From: an uncultured Nitrososphaerota archaeon
Lineage (GTDB): Archaea > Thermoproteota > Nitrososphaeria > Nitrososphaerales > Nitrosopumilaceae
DNA length: 64,000 nucleotides
Reading direction: 5' to 3'
Assembly: GCA_963701075.1 (NCBI GenBank)
Contig: OY969559.1
Location: 448,001-512,000 of the forward strand
Shown: piece after piece, positions 10,539-19,812 of the stretch
Position numbering within the stretch: position 1 is the first letter of the stretch
Layout of the letters: the number at the start of each line of letters is the position of its first letter
Program-made: the position numbers and the translations under genes
Notes under the pieces: generated by a model
Told to the model about the DNA's origin: nothing
What the model saw: the letters and a program-made list of their open reading frames with translations, nothing else
Databases searched by the model: none

Positions 10539-10724
10539 TTAAAACAAAGATTTGTGAATCTTGGACTTGATTTTGTCTTTCAGTTCTTGGGTAATTTCTT
10601 CTGGCTTCATACCATGATCTTTTGTAGCGTGTGTTGCACATTGTGCCAAGATATCGTTTTCTGTCTTGCCTTTTGCAACAAAGCCGCAATCAAATCCAAC
10701 ATCCTTACATTTGAATTTCAACAT
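10539..10724 (-). CDS. DUF1059-family small metal-binding protein
   Basis: FKCKDVGFDCGFVAKG...HATKDHGM signature. Confidence 0.85.
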   Translation of the reverse strand: MLKFKCKDVGFDCGFVAKGKTENDILAQCATHATKDHGMKPEEITQELKDKIKSKIHKSLF

Positions 10725-10874
10725 ATTTCAATTACATCGTCATCAAGTATAAAGTTGTATCCAAATTTTAGATCATCTACATATTGACAAATCGCACACA
10801 AATGGCATTTCTGCTCTTTTGCATCCACCATAACATCTAGCGCTTTGCTGATTTCGTAAAGCTTTTTGTCATGT

Positions 10875-11003
10875 TTATGTCTGTATTTTTCTGCGAGTTT
10901 TCTTTGGAAATGCGTCACACCCGCATATCATGCATGGCATGCTGTGGAACCCGATGAACTCGTTTCCACATCCAGGGCACTTGAGGGTTACTATCTGGCT
11001 CAT
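10875..11003 (-). CDS. 42-aa Zn-ribbon protein
   Basis: Hand translation with CPGC and CMIC pairs. Confidence 0.5.
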   Translation of the reverse strand: MSQIVTLKCPGCGNEFIGFHSMPCMICGCDAFPKKTRRKIQT

Positions 11004-11133
11004 GTCTATATTGCTGCAAAGAAGTAATAAAAAATCACGGCACAATGTTACTGAACATAGTTAATGAAATTATCTTGACTTGCAGCCTGGGTCAAATGAG
11101 AAAGTCATGTAAGACTCGTTGAATGGCTTTCAG

Positions 11134-11250
11134 TTAGGTAAAGTGATCCAGTCCTTTGGGAATGGGCTTTGTATGCCTGCGTAGAATATGAACTTCCAAG
11201 CCTTCTGTTGAATAGAAAACTAATCCGCATTCTTTGCATTCCAATGACAT
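11134..11250 (-). CDS. 38-aa C2H2 Zn-finger protein
   Basis: MSLECKECGLVFYSTEGLEVHILRRH fits CxxC-x3-F-x5-L-x2-H-x4-H. Confidence 0.6.
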   Translation of the reverse strand: MSLECKECGLVFYSTEGLEVHILRRHTKPIPKGLDHFT

Positions 11251-11622
11251 GATATCACTACTTCTAGTTTTGATTTAATGGATCTCATTGAAGTAGAGCT
11301 GACTTTGAGTAAAGGACTAGTCTTACAGGCTCAAATCCCTGATTTTGAATGAGTGTAATGGATTGGAGAGGAATCTGATCGCAGTTTTAGGAGAAGATCG
11401 CAATTTTCTTTTCGGTTCAGTTTCCCACTAAAATTGGATGAGAGAATCGTATTTTGGTATCTCCAAACTCGAACTCTTTTTTATTGTTCTTCATGTGTGT
11501 TATTGCGTGGTTTACAATAAAGCCATTGTTGAACTGTGTTAAGTAACAATGTTAATTCTCATGCGTAATTTTCATGGGTTGCAAACTGTATATGGTATCT
11601 GCTTAAATCAAAGAAAGCCCTA

Positions 11623-12006
11623 TTGATATCGTTGAGCAGTATTCAGACCCGTCGCACAACAAATGGCATTCTTACTGCAAGCGTGGTCATACTTGCAATC
11701 ATTGCAGTATCAGCCATGCTTGAGCTGCATGCAATACCGCTTGCCCTGTCAGTGCCACTCTTTCTGGTTCCAGTCTCAGTCTATACCACAATAGTTGGCC
11801 TCAGGTACAAGCAGGCGCCTCGTCTCACACAAGACTATACTTACTATTTCACCTGGGCTGCAGTAATGCTATCAGTCGGTGTTTCGTGGATTCTTCTCTA
11901 TGAAAAGACGGGCATGATAATTGGGGTTATAGCTGTTCTCTCAATTGTGCTGGGCTATGTCTACCTCAACAAGATAAAATCTTCCAGGATTTACGAGAAT
12001 CAATAG
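11623..12006 (+). CDS. four-TM membrane protein
   Basis: Four hydrophobic segments. Confidence 0.6.
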   Translation: MISLSSIQTRRTTNGILTASVVILAIIAVSAMLELHAIPLALSVPLFLVPVSVYTTIVGLRYKQAPRLTQDYTYYFTWAAVMLSVGVSWILLYEKTGMIIGVIAVLSIVLGYVYLNKIKSSRIYENQ

Positions 12007-12098
12007 AGAGATTGGTTGATCTATTCTTTCTAATTGTTTAACGGATTTCTCAGACCAAATAACTTTCCAAATCACCTATACTCATCGTATGCTTGAGC

Positions 12099-12605
12099 CT
12101 ATAATTTCGCAAAAAATACCATGTCTCTCTTTATGAGACTAGTCTTGTATTCATCACCAGTAATAGATTGTATAACTTTCCAGTCAATGTCATCAAGCCT
12201 GTTTTTTGCAATGTTTCTAAGATCATCAGAATCCTGCTCCCTCTGTGCAGTATGCTTAGCAACCACGAGCGCTTCTAGGCCTATCACTCTAATACTTCCT
12301 TTTTTGCCAACTGGAAATTTCTTTGAATATTTTACGATTGCGCCAAATGGAACTCCTGGTATGTCCCTTGCATAGATGTCAATCTTGATGCCTCGTGGGG
12401 TAAACCAAGGTTGTTTGCCCGTCATTGATTTGTAGTAGTGTTTTGATAGCATGTACTCATCTGAGATTGATTTTTGTATCACAAAGTCAATATCTTGTGA
12501 ATCCCTTGCCTTTTTTGTATGTGCGTATACTGCAAGCGCACCAATAAAAATTACGTCGCCTAATTCCTGCGTTATCTTGAGTGATTCATTTAGTAGCTTA
12601 TTCAA
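12099..12605 (-). CDS. pol-beta-superfamily nucleotidyltransferase (AbiEii-like toxin candidate)
   Basis: IFIGALAVYAH...DSQDIDFVI and C-terminal K...R.QD..DL. Confidence 0.75.
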   Translation of the reverse strand: MNKLLNESLKITQELGDVIFIGALAVYAHTKKARDSQDIDFVIQKSISDEYMLSKHYYKSMTGKQPWFTPRGIKIDIYARDIPGVPFGAIVKYSKKFPVGKKGSIRVIGLEALVVAKHTAQREQDSDDLRNIAKNRLDDIDWKVIQSITGDEYKTSLIKRDMVFFAKL

Positions 12606-13266
12606 CTTTCAAAGCTTGCATGTCGTCTTGTATTTTTAGAACATCTTCAATATTGAATCTGCCCTTTATACGGAGTTTATCCCCGTGCTTTCACTCAATA
12701 GCAATAGCGTCCAGAATACTACGACCTCCCTTGGCAATACAGTCTAGATACACCTGTTCTGTGTTTTTTCTGAAACTATGCTGTTTCTGGAGAAGGACAA
12801 CGTGTCCTTGAGTTCCTTGACTGAATCCTTTAGATTTTAGAAAATTAGAGGTTTTTTTAATATCATCTACATATACATACAGATCCATAGGGGTTTGATA
12901 TCCCGTAAGATCCCATGCAGCATAATCAAGTGTCACAAATGCATTTTCTGGAAGATTGTTTTTTAAAAAATTAACATCGGAGATGTGATATTTCCTTCCA
13001 AAACGCCTCGCAGTCTTTAACGCAAGAAGCGATGGAATAAGATGTTGCAGAAGATCCATTGGTTGTCTTGCAGCTTGGTTGATTTGAAACTGGCCTCTGT
13101 GAACTGTAGCTAGCCCCAGAGATTCTAAAGCGCGTAATCTTCGATATGCCGTTGGTACTGAACCCGCAATACCTACTGCATCCTCTTTTATTCCATAGGA
13201 GATCCTAGGCGGCAGCATAGAGGCAAATTTTATTCCAGATTCAATCTCAGACGAGATTACTTGCAT
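12598..13266 (-). CDS. wHTH protein, AbiEi-like antitoxin candidate; internal TGA at 12691 probably an error
   Basis: HTH SVPTAYRRLRALESLG; the frame continues past TGA as KHGDKLRIKGRFNIEDV to overlap the NTase start. Confidence 0.6.
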
Positions 13267-13392
13267 ACTAGTTATATGTGTGGGGTGTACTTATATAGTT
13301 ATATCATAATTGATAATTATATAAGCCATTATTCTCACACTTTAAAACTAGATTGTATGACATAGAGATGAGCTAGCCCATTAAAAGACAAG

Positions 13393-13761
13393 CTATCTTA
13401 TTCCATCAGTCTTGGCATTTCTCTCAATCTTCAACAGGTGTTCATATGCCTCTATCTCTTTTCTCCTAAGTTCTGGATCTGCCGTACTGTTTGCATTTCT
13501 TGAGGCCTCCTCAAGTTGCCTCATTGCTCTCTTGAGATTCTTCCTGGCTTTATACAGCTCACGCACGGCCTGCCTGTCTCGTGAGCTGCGGGCAGCCTCT
13601 CTTGCCTCTTCCCACTGAATCCTTGTCTCAAGCAATTTGGGATCATATTCCGGAGGCAATGGTTGCAGATCTCCGCACTCTTCATTTAATGATACCAGTA
13701 AATGATTTTGAACTGGCAGAAGAAAAGTGGCTTGCCTACCAAAAAATTGGTAAGTCATCAC
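13393..13761 (-). CDS. coiled-coil hypothetical protein or remnant
   Basis: ORF track; charged helical C-terminal half, start uncertain. Confidence 0.35.
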   Translation of the reverse strand: MMTYQFFGRQATFLLPVQNHLLVSLNEECGDLQPLPPEYDPKLLETRIQWEEAREAARSSRDRQAVRELYKARKNLKRAMRQLEEASRNANSTADPELRRKEIEAYEHLLKIERNAKTDGIR

Positions 13762-13773
13762 CTTAACATGGTA

Positions 13774-14055
13774 CTAGTCCTTTGCTTTCTTGCGTTTTTC
13801 TTTTCTGTGTGTCTTGATCTCCGCTACCACATTGTTTTCGCCAAGTTTTAGACCCTTCTTACTTATTTTCTGGAATATGCTACTCCATTCTTTTTTAAGG
13901 TCAGGTATGTCGAGCTTTCTCATTACGATATTGCCATCTATGGCAAATACGACGAATTTGGTCTTGGGTCTTATTCCAAGGCGTTTTCTAAGCTCCTGCG
14001 GTATGACTACCTGTCCCTTTTCACTCATTGTAGTGATCTCTGGGTCTTCTAGCAT
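13774..14055 (-). CDS. AbrB/MazE/SpoVT-family antitoxin or regulator
   Basis: TTMSEKGQVVIPQELRKRLGI signature. Confidence 0.88.
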   Translation of the reverse strand: MLEDPEITTMSEKGQVVIPQELRKRLGIRPKTKFVVFAIDGNIVMRKLDIPDLKKEWSSIFQKISKKGLKLGENNVVAEIKTHRKEKRKKAKD

Positions 14056-14101
14056 TTTTATCAGTAAGATTATTTTACTTTTTTACTATTTATACTAGTC
14101 T

Positions 14102-14158
14102 CACAACAAATGACATTCTCACTGCAAGCGCGATAATACTTGCAATCATTGCGGTATC
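14102..14158 (+). repeat. 57-bp diverged duplicate of 11655-11711 (start of the membrane-protein gene)
   Basis: CACAACAAATG.CATTCT.ACTGCAAGCG....ATACTTGCAATCATTGC.GTATC, about 6 mismatches by eye. Confidence 0.75.
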
Positions 14159-14339
14159 GAGGTGTTTTTGCTTGGCTCTTGACTATCTTTTTTGTTTCTC
14201 ACTTGTCACGACATAGATAGCTTTTCTATTCTTTTTCATGCCTAGGGGTTTCATACTTACTAGATAATCCAGTTTGAATTGATGGAGCTTTGTTCTAGAT
14301 TTGCAAATGCCCAGTCTTTCCATATTGACATGTTTTATG

Positions 14340-14393
14340 GTTACCCTTACATTTTACAGAAAATTGATAATTATATAAATATGTAAGGGTAAC
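14340..14393. promoter_or_regulatory. 13-bp inverted repeat bracketing the TATA box of the fic gene
   Basis: GTTACCCTTACAT (14340-14352) and ATGTAAGGGTAAC (14381-14393) around TTATATAAAT. Confidence 0.6.
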
Positions 14394-14400
14394 TGTATTC

Positions 14401-15285
14401 ATGGCCGCAATTAAGAAAAAAATACTGAAAGGACAGACATACTACTATCTAGAACAGAGCTTCAGAGAGGGCGGAAAGGTGCAGACAAGGGAGATCTATC
14501 TTGGAAGAAAGATTCCACATGATATCGAGAAGATCAAAAAAGAATTGCTCGACGAGATCTACAGCAAGCGATGGTATGCAGACATTGAGAGAATAAGAAA
14601 GAACTTTGCAAAGAACCAGAAAGCCATGCCAAAGACCATCAAGGAAAAAGAGCTGGAAAACTTTGCCGTCAACTTTACCTATGACACGCAGAAAATAGAG
14701 GGCTCGACTCTCACACACAGAGAGACTGCAGACCTCTTGGAAAGGGGCATAACCCCAAAGAGCAAGCCGATGAGGGATGTGCAGGAAGCAGAGGCCCACA
14801 GGGACTTGTTCTTCGAGATCCTAAGGTCAGAGAAGGATCTTTCACTGAGGTATGTTACAGGATGGCACTGGAAACTGTTCAACAAAACCAAGCCTGACAT
14901 TGCCGGAAAGATAAGAAGAAAACAGGTGACCATATCTGCAAGCAAGTTTGTGCCGCCAGCACCAGTAGAAGTCTATCCAATGCTGACAGAATTTTTCCAG
15001 TGGTACAACAAAAATAAAAATAAACTGCATCCAGTAGAGCTTGCGGCACTTGCTCACCTAAAGTTTGTCACCATACATCCCTTTGGAGATGGAAACGGGA
15101 GAATCTCAAGACTGATTATGAACTTTATACTTGACAGGAAAAAGTATCCAATGCTTGATATACCATACGAGGGAAGAGATGGCTACTACAATTCACTTGA
15201 GAGATCACAGTTGAAAAAAGAGGACATGATATTTCTCCAATGGTTTGCAAAGAGGTACATCAAGGAACACAAGATGTATCTCTAG
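14401..15285 (+). CDS. Fic-family protein (class II, autoinhibited)
   Basis: Canonical HPFGDGNGRISR and inhibitory (S/T)xxxEG motif TQKIEG. Confidence 0.92.
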   Translation: MAAIKKKILKGQTYYYLEQSFREGGKVQTREIYLGRKIPHDIEKIKKELLDEIYSKRWYADIERIRKNFAKNQKAMPKTIKEKELENFAVNFTYDTQKIEGSTLTHRETADLLERGITPKSKPMRDVQEAEAHRDLFFEILRSEKDLSLRYVTGWHWKLFNKTKPDIAGKIRRKQVTISASKFVPPAPVEVYPMLTEFFQWYNKNKNKLHPVELAALAHLKFVTIHPFGDGNGRISRLIMNFILDRKKYPMLDIPYEGRDGYYNSLERSQLKKEDMIFLQWFAKRYIKEHKMYL

Positions 15286-15440
15286 ATTGTTTTGTTTGCC
15301 TTTTTACATGGTATGATATCATCATGGAATCATTGTATGATAAAATCTTGAGTAAGAATGTATGACTAGCCACGGATTATAGTAACTATCAGGAACAAAG
15401 TTCAGAAATTGTTATAACAGCGAAGGTAGTTTACTATGGC

Positions 15441-15722
15441 ATGAGCATCATAGAGACAACGCATGGAAAGCTCTTGGTTATGACATTAGGTGTTGCAATG
15501 ATTGCTGCATTTGGGGGTTCCATGGCGTATGCACAGACTACACAGGGTCTGAGCCAGACTTTGATACAGGGCCAGGGATTTCAAATGAATTATGATAACA
15601 TGTTTAGTTTGGGTCATGGCGGAATTGGTCCCATAGGAATGTGTCATGATGGAAATATGAGCGACTCTCAGATACCTGGCAACACAATCCCTAGTAGCAC
15701 AACTGGCCAAAGTCAGACATAG
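15441..15722 (+). CDS. small secreted low-complexity protein
   Basis: Signal peptide ending AYA-Q; Gln/Gly/Met-rich. Confidence 0.5.
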   Translation: MSIIETTHGKLLVMTLGVAMIAAFGGSMAYAQTTQGLSQTLIQGQGFQMNYDNMFSLGHGGIGPIGMCHDGNMSDSQIPGNTIPSSTTGQSQT

Positions 15723-15788
15723 CTCCCAAAAACTTGTTTTGATGTAATACCAAGGCTTAGTTTTGTCACTGTACAAGCTATAAACCAT

Positions 15789-16592
15789 TTAGGATTGATT
15801 TGAAAAATCAGAAAGCGATCGCTGCTTTGTGTCAGTCCAGGTTACATAAGATAGTCCCATCAAGACCCTCAGCTTGTTGGCAGTAACTGGGGCAAATCCC
15901 TCAAAGTGGTTGTTTGCCATTGCGACTGCAAGCAAAACTTGGTTTTTTACTGAATCAAGCTTCTCTGCCCATTTTTCCATCAGATGGCTTTGGTCTTTTT
16001 GGATCTTGCCAAACTCGCTTTCTGGTATTGACCTATCACCAATCAATCTAAGATAGACAAAGTCTGTGGTCACAGGAGCTGGGTTTGAGACACCTTCTAC
16101 TTCGTTCCAGACAAGGCAGAGGTTTTTGTCCCCCAGATACTTGCATGATTCTTCTGTGAACCATGACGGGTGCCTTCCTTCAACTGCGTAACGGTAGTTT
16201 TTTGGGAGGTGGTTTACCATCTTTTCTAGATTGGGTTTTGCTTCTGCAAATGACAACGACGGCGGTAGCTGTATCACCAGAATCTTCATCTTGGATTCTA
16301 AAGGCTTGATGGAATTGATGAATTGATCCAAGTAGGGGCCTGGCCTGAGTCTGTTGTCATGAGTGATGATTTTTGGAAGCTTGGCAGTAAAAATAAAGTT
16401 CTGTGGGGTGTCAGAGAACCATTTGCTTGTCATTGACTGTGTTGGAATCCTGTAGAATGTGGAATTTATCTCTGTAATATCAAATATGGATGAATAGTGT
16501 TTTAGGTATTCGGTCTCCTTCATGGCTTTAGGATAAAAGGGTCCTATCCATCCTTGGTAGCTCCAGCCAGTACAGCCAATTTTCAGGTCCAT
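15789..16592 (-). CDS. DUF72 (YecE-like TIM-barrel) protein
   Basis: IGCTGWSY, EINSTFY, QLPPS, YLRLIG, NNHFEG motifs. Confidence 0.92.
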   Translation of the reverse strand: MDLKIGCTGWSYQGWIGPFYPKAMKETEYLKHYSSIFDITEINSTFYRIPTQSMTSKWFSDTPQNFIFTAKLPKIITHDNRLRPGPYLDQFINSIKPLESKMKILVIQLPPSLSFAEAKPNLEKMVNHLPKNYRYAVEGRHPSWFTEESCKYLGDKNLCLVWNEVEGVSNPAPVTTDFVYLRLIGDRSIPESEFGKIQKDQSHLMEKWAEKLDSVKNQVLLAVAMANNHFEGFAPVTANKLRVLMGLSYVTWTDTKQRSLSDFSNQS

Positions 16593-16648
16593 GGTTTCAT
16601 CTAGTTGTGGGTATTTTTTAATTCATGAGATGGCCAAAAGCTGGTTTT

Positions 16649-16804
16649 TCAATTGAGATCAAATCTTGGCCTGTATTGCACATCAAAGCCTGGGCAGTAG
16701 GCTGCAAATTCCTTTATGCTAATGACCTTGCAGATTTTGTCTTGTAGTTCTGAATGTTCGGCAAATTTTTGCCTGCAGATTGGGCATTTTTGCGGAAGGT
16801 TCAA
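16649..16804 (-). CDS. 51-aa putative Zn-binding protein
   Basis: Hand translation MNLPQKCPICRQKFAEHSELQDKIC... Confidence 0.5.
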   Translation of the reverse strand: MNLPQKCPICRQKFAEHSELQDKICKVISIKEFAAYCPGFDVQYRPRFDLN

Positions 16805-16934
16805 TGAAATGAATTAGCATACTTAATTATTAAAATATGTAGGTACACCTGGCCTACCAAAAGATTGGCAAGTCATTTCCATCAAACCAGTTTGTTTTGT
16901 GCGGCATGTCATTTTAGATGAGAACATGAAATCA

Positions 16935-17160
16935 ATTTTGAAAAATGACGCAATTGCGTCAAATTTGTGCGTGAAAAATGACGCAAAATAAAAAATGATG
17001 ATTTCTGAGCTTGTAATCAATCAAGTATTGTTTTGTACAAATAATTTGAGTCAAAAAAGCGATTTTTGAGCTGATCTAGAAAAATATATTTTTGCAACAA
17101 TTTTTTTGCAAAATGAATTTTTTTCCATAATGGATAAAAATAAGTAAAAACTTGACACAA
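16935..17160. promoter_or_regulatory. repeat- and A-tract-rich region upstream of the terminase genes (pac/ori-like candidate)
   Basis: GAAAAATGACGCAA at 16940 and 16973; perfect palindrome TGACGCAATTGCGTCA 16946-16961; many A/T tracts. Confidence 0.45.
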
Positions 17161-17164
17161 GTAA

Positions 17165-17560
17165 ATGTCAGAGGAAACAAAAGATCAAGAATACGTTTCG
17201 GAAAGCCAAGTGGAGTCCTTGTTTTCACTGTTCACCGATACCGAGGAGGAACTGGCAAAGAAATGGAAGTGTAGTCGCTCTACCATTACAAGAAAAAAAC
17301 ACAAGATCCGAAAAGCCGCCAACAAAATGTTGAGCACGGTTATTGGTGGCGATTATACCGTGTTTTTCAAAATGTTGGTTGGAAGAAGCGCGAGCCGCTC
17401 TGATGCACTCGAAGAGATGCAAAACAACTTGACAGATCCTCAAGAAAAACTAGATGTGATGAAAGGTGCTAGAGAGGAGGATATACATTTTCTCAAGATT
17501 TTGAAAGAGGGTCCAGTCGCTGATGCGTTGGAAAAATTAGGTGGACGACAAGATGAGTAG
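17165..17560 (+). CDS. putative terminase small subunit
   Basis: N-terminal HTH (TEEELAKKWKCSRSTITR), helical body, overlaps the large-subunit start. Confidence 0.6.
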   Translation: MSEETKDQEYVSESQVESLFSLFTDTEEELAKKWKCSRSTITRKKHKIRKAANKMLSTVIGGDYTVFFKMLVGRSASRSDALEEMQNNLTDPQEKLDVMKGAREEDIHFLKILKEGPVADALEKLGGRQDE

Positions 17561-19157
17561 AGAAATAATAAATTTACTCAAAAGACATGGATACGACGTT
17601 TCGTCCTATGCTGCATATTCCAGAAGCATATCAAGTGTCATTGAAGAGATACCGCCAAGCCTTATTAATTTTTCACTGAAATACAGAATACTTCACGGGA
17701 TTCCTTTTACCTTTGATGAGCGGCCATATCTTACCAAGATTTATCTCGATCAAAGTCACGAAATTAACATAGTAAAGCCGCGGCAGATGGAGATCACTGA
17801 ATTTGGGTTGAACTGGCTGCTGCACAATCTGTTATTGCACAAGCATTCTGTTGGGCTATATGTGTCAGACAGATTTGAGCACGTAAAAATTTTTTCAAAT
17901 CTTAGGCTTCGCCAGTGGGCAATTGAAAGCTCGCCGAAATTGGAAAAACTTGTCAACCCAAAAAAGGGAAGCAGCTCATGGCTGCCGTTCAAGAATGGTT
18001 CCAACCTCTACATGTTGTCAGCCTGGGGGGACTTCGAGGCAACACGTTCAATCCCTGCCGATTTTGTCGTCGTAGACGAAATGCAATCTGTAAATGTAGA
18101 AGCATTGCCTGTCTTGCAAGAGACCATGGCAAAGTCAAGATTTAAAAAAATTCTCAAGATTGGGACCGGCAGTGACGAGGGAGATGCATGGTGGAAAGAA
18201 TGGTATCGTGGCACAAGGTACGAGTGGCAAAAAATAGGCATTGATCCTCTTACCGGGATTCAAATATTAGACTGGGTTAGCCAGTCCAGTGCTCCCATAG
18301 TCGGAGTTAATTCTTACCATTTGGATCAGCAAATGGCACCATGGATACAGCAGACAGATATCGAATACAAACGAAATGCATACTCACCGCGAAGATTTGC
18401 CAATGAGGTGTTGGGTTTGTGGTTCAAGGGTATGCGCAAGCCATTGCTTGAAGCTGATATTAGGGCCCTTATGGACCGTACTATCGACTTTACCTATTCA
18501 GTAAACGTGGATCATACTCTAGGACCTGTATATGCAGGCTTTGACTGGGGAGGGGGGACACAATCCCATACTGTTGTATGGATCTGGCAAGTTATCAACA
18601 ATGACTTGCCGCGCTTTAGGTTGTTGTATGTTACAAAGCTTGACGATCCATCAACTGAAAAGCAGGCAAATCAGGCAATTGAGTTGATTGACAATTATGA
18701 AGTGGACCGTATCGTAATGGATGCAGGCGGCGGACCACGCCAGGTTGAAAAGCTCTCAGATCGTTATGCAGAGCGAGTCTACAAGGCACATTATCTTTCA
18801 AGACCCGAAAAACCATTTGAGCCAATAGACAGTAAAAGAAGAATCAATGTTGACAGGACTTGGATTATCGAGGCCATGATTGATTTAATTATAAGACCTG
18901 AAACCCGCGACGATTTTCCGCATCCAATTCCGCGATTAATTATTCCAGGCCATCCAGAAAGACTTGAGGAGGTAGAGTGGGTTATTGATAATTTCACCTG
19001 CATAGAGTCTGAAACGTCAAATGCTGCAGGCAGGCCACGGACCATTTACACACACCCCGCAGAATCTCCAGATGATGCACTTCATGCAGCTTGTTATGCT
19101 TACATGTGTTGGCTGTTGGATAACAAGGCAAAATGGTATTGGGAGAGATTATCTTAA
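17541..19157 (+). CDS. phage terminase large subunit
   Basis: P-loop-like KPRQMEITE, Walker B VVVDE, coupling motif IGT, RNase H-like AGFDWG, VMDAGG and DDALHAACYA; probable start ATG 17553. Confidence 0.88.
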   Translation: MDDKMSREIINLLKRHGYDVSSYAAYSRSISSVIEEIPPSLINFSLKYRILHGIPFTFDERPYLTKIYLDQSHEINIVKPRQMEITEFGLNWLLHNLLLHKHSVGLYVSDRFEHVKIFSNLRLRQWAIESSPKLEKLVNPKKGSSSWLPFKNGSNLYMLSAWGDFEATRSIPADFVVVDEMQSVNVEALPVLQETMAKSRFKKILKIGTGSDEGDAWWKEWYRGTRYEWQKIGIDPLTGIQILDWVSQSSAPIVGVNSYHLDQQMAPWIQQTDIEYKRNAYSPRRFANEVLGLWFKGMRKPLLEADIRALMDRTIDFTYSVNVDHTLGPVYAGFDWGGGTQSHTVVWIWQVINNDLPRFRLLYVTKLDDPSTEKQANQAIELIDNYEVDRIVMDAGGGPRQVEKLSDRYAERVYKAHYLSRPEKPFEPIDSKRRINVDRTWIIEAMIDLIIRPETRDDFPHPIPRLIIPGHPERLEEVEWVIDNFTCIESETSNAAGRPRTIYTHPAESPDDALHAACYAYMCWLLDNKAKWYWERLS

Positions 19158-19234
19158 TGGAAAAAAAGTTTTTGCTTCAACATTTTTGATCCTACTCCAT
19201 ATTTGTAAGACTGTGATAAGAAGATGAAGAAGAC

Positions 19235-19477
19235 ATGGTATTCAATCCCTTTGACAAAACCAAGACTGACGGCACCGGCAAGCCAAATCCAAGACAAATT
19301 AGAGACAAGAAGTTTATTTGCACTCTAGAAAAGATAGAAGTGGATGGAATGAAAATGGCAGAAAAAAGGCGCGCATACAAAGAATGGGCTTATGCAATTG
19401 CACATAAATACAATCTAACCAGGACTGATTTCACAGTAGATGAAAATACTTATGGCTTGTATTACCCAATTGAATGA
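19235..19477 (+). CDS. hypothetical protein downstream of the terminase
   Basis: 80-aa ORF with ATG start, same strand. Confidence 0.5.
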   Translation: MVFNPFDKTKTDGTGKPNPRQIRDKKFICTLEKIEVDGMKMAEKRRAYKEWAYAIAHKYNLTRTDFTVDENTYGLYYPIE

Positions 19478-19812
19478 ATGTAATTATCACCAATGTTGTG
19501 ATCTGAAAATTTAAAATGCCGGCGATTCCGAATATATTTTTTGGTTATCAATTTTTTTATGTCGCTCGCTTTTCAACGAGCAAATCGCCGACGGCTATTC
19601 TACGTGACAATAGTATTTCAACATGTCGAATGTTCAAAACGACATGAACTAAAAATATATTTTTCTAGATTACATTAAGATGGCTTTACATTAGAATTGA
19701 TGTATGTATTATTTGTCATCAATCTAGATCCTTATCTAGATCCATTTTGTAAAAATCGATCACGATAACAGTAGACAGGGACGATTCCGGAACAAGCCAT
19801 GTCAGGGCGTTT

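Noticed and set aside
12691-12693. In-frame TGA as selenocysteine or programmed readthrough
   Set aside because: No redox motif or SECIS evidence; the context fits a miscalled GAG CTA at an AGCT site.
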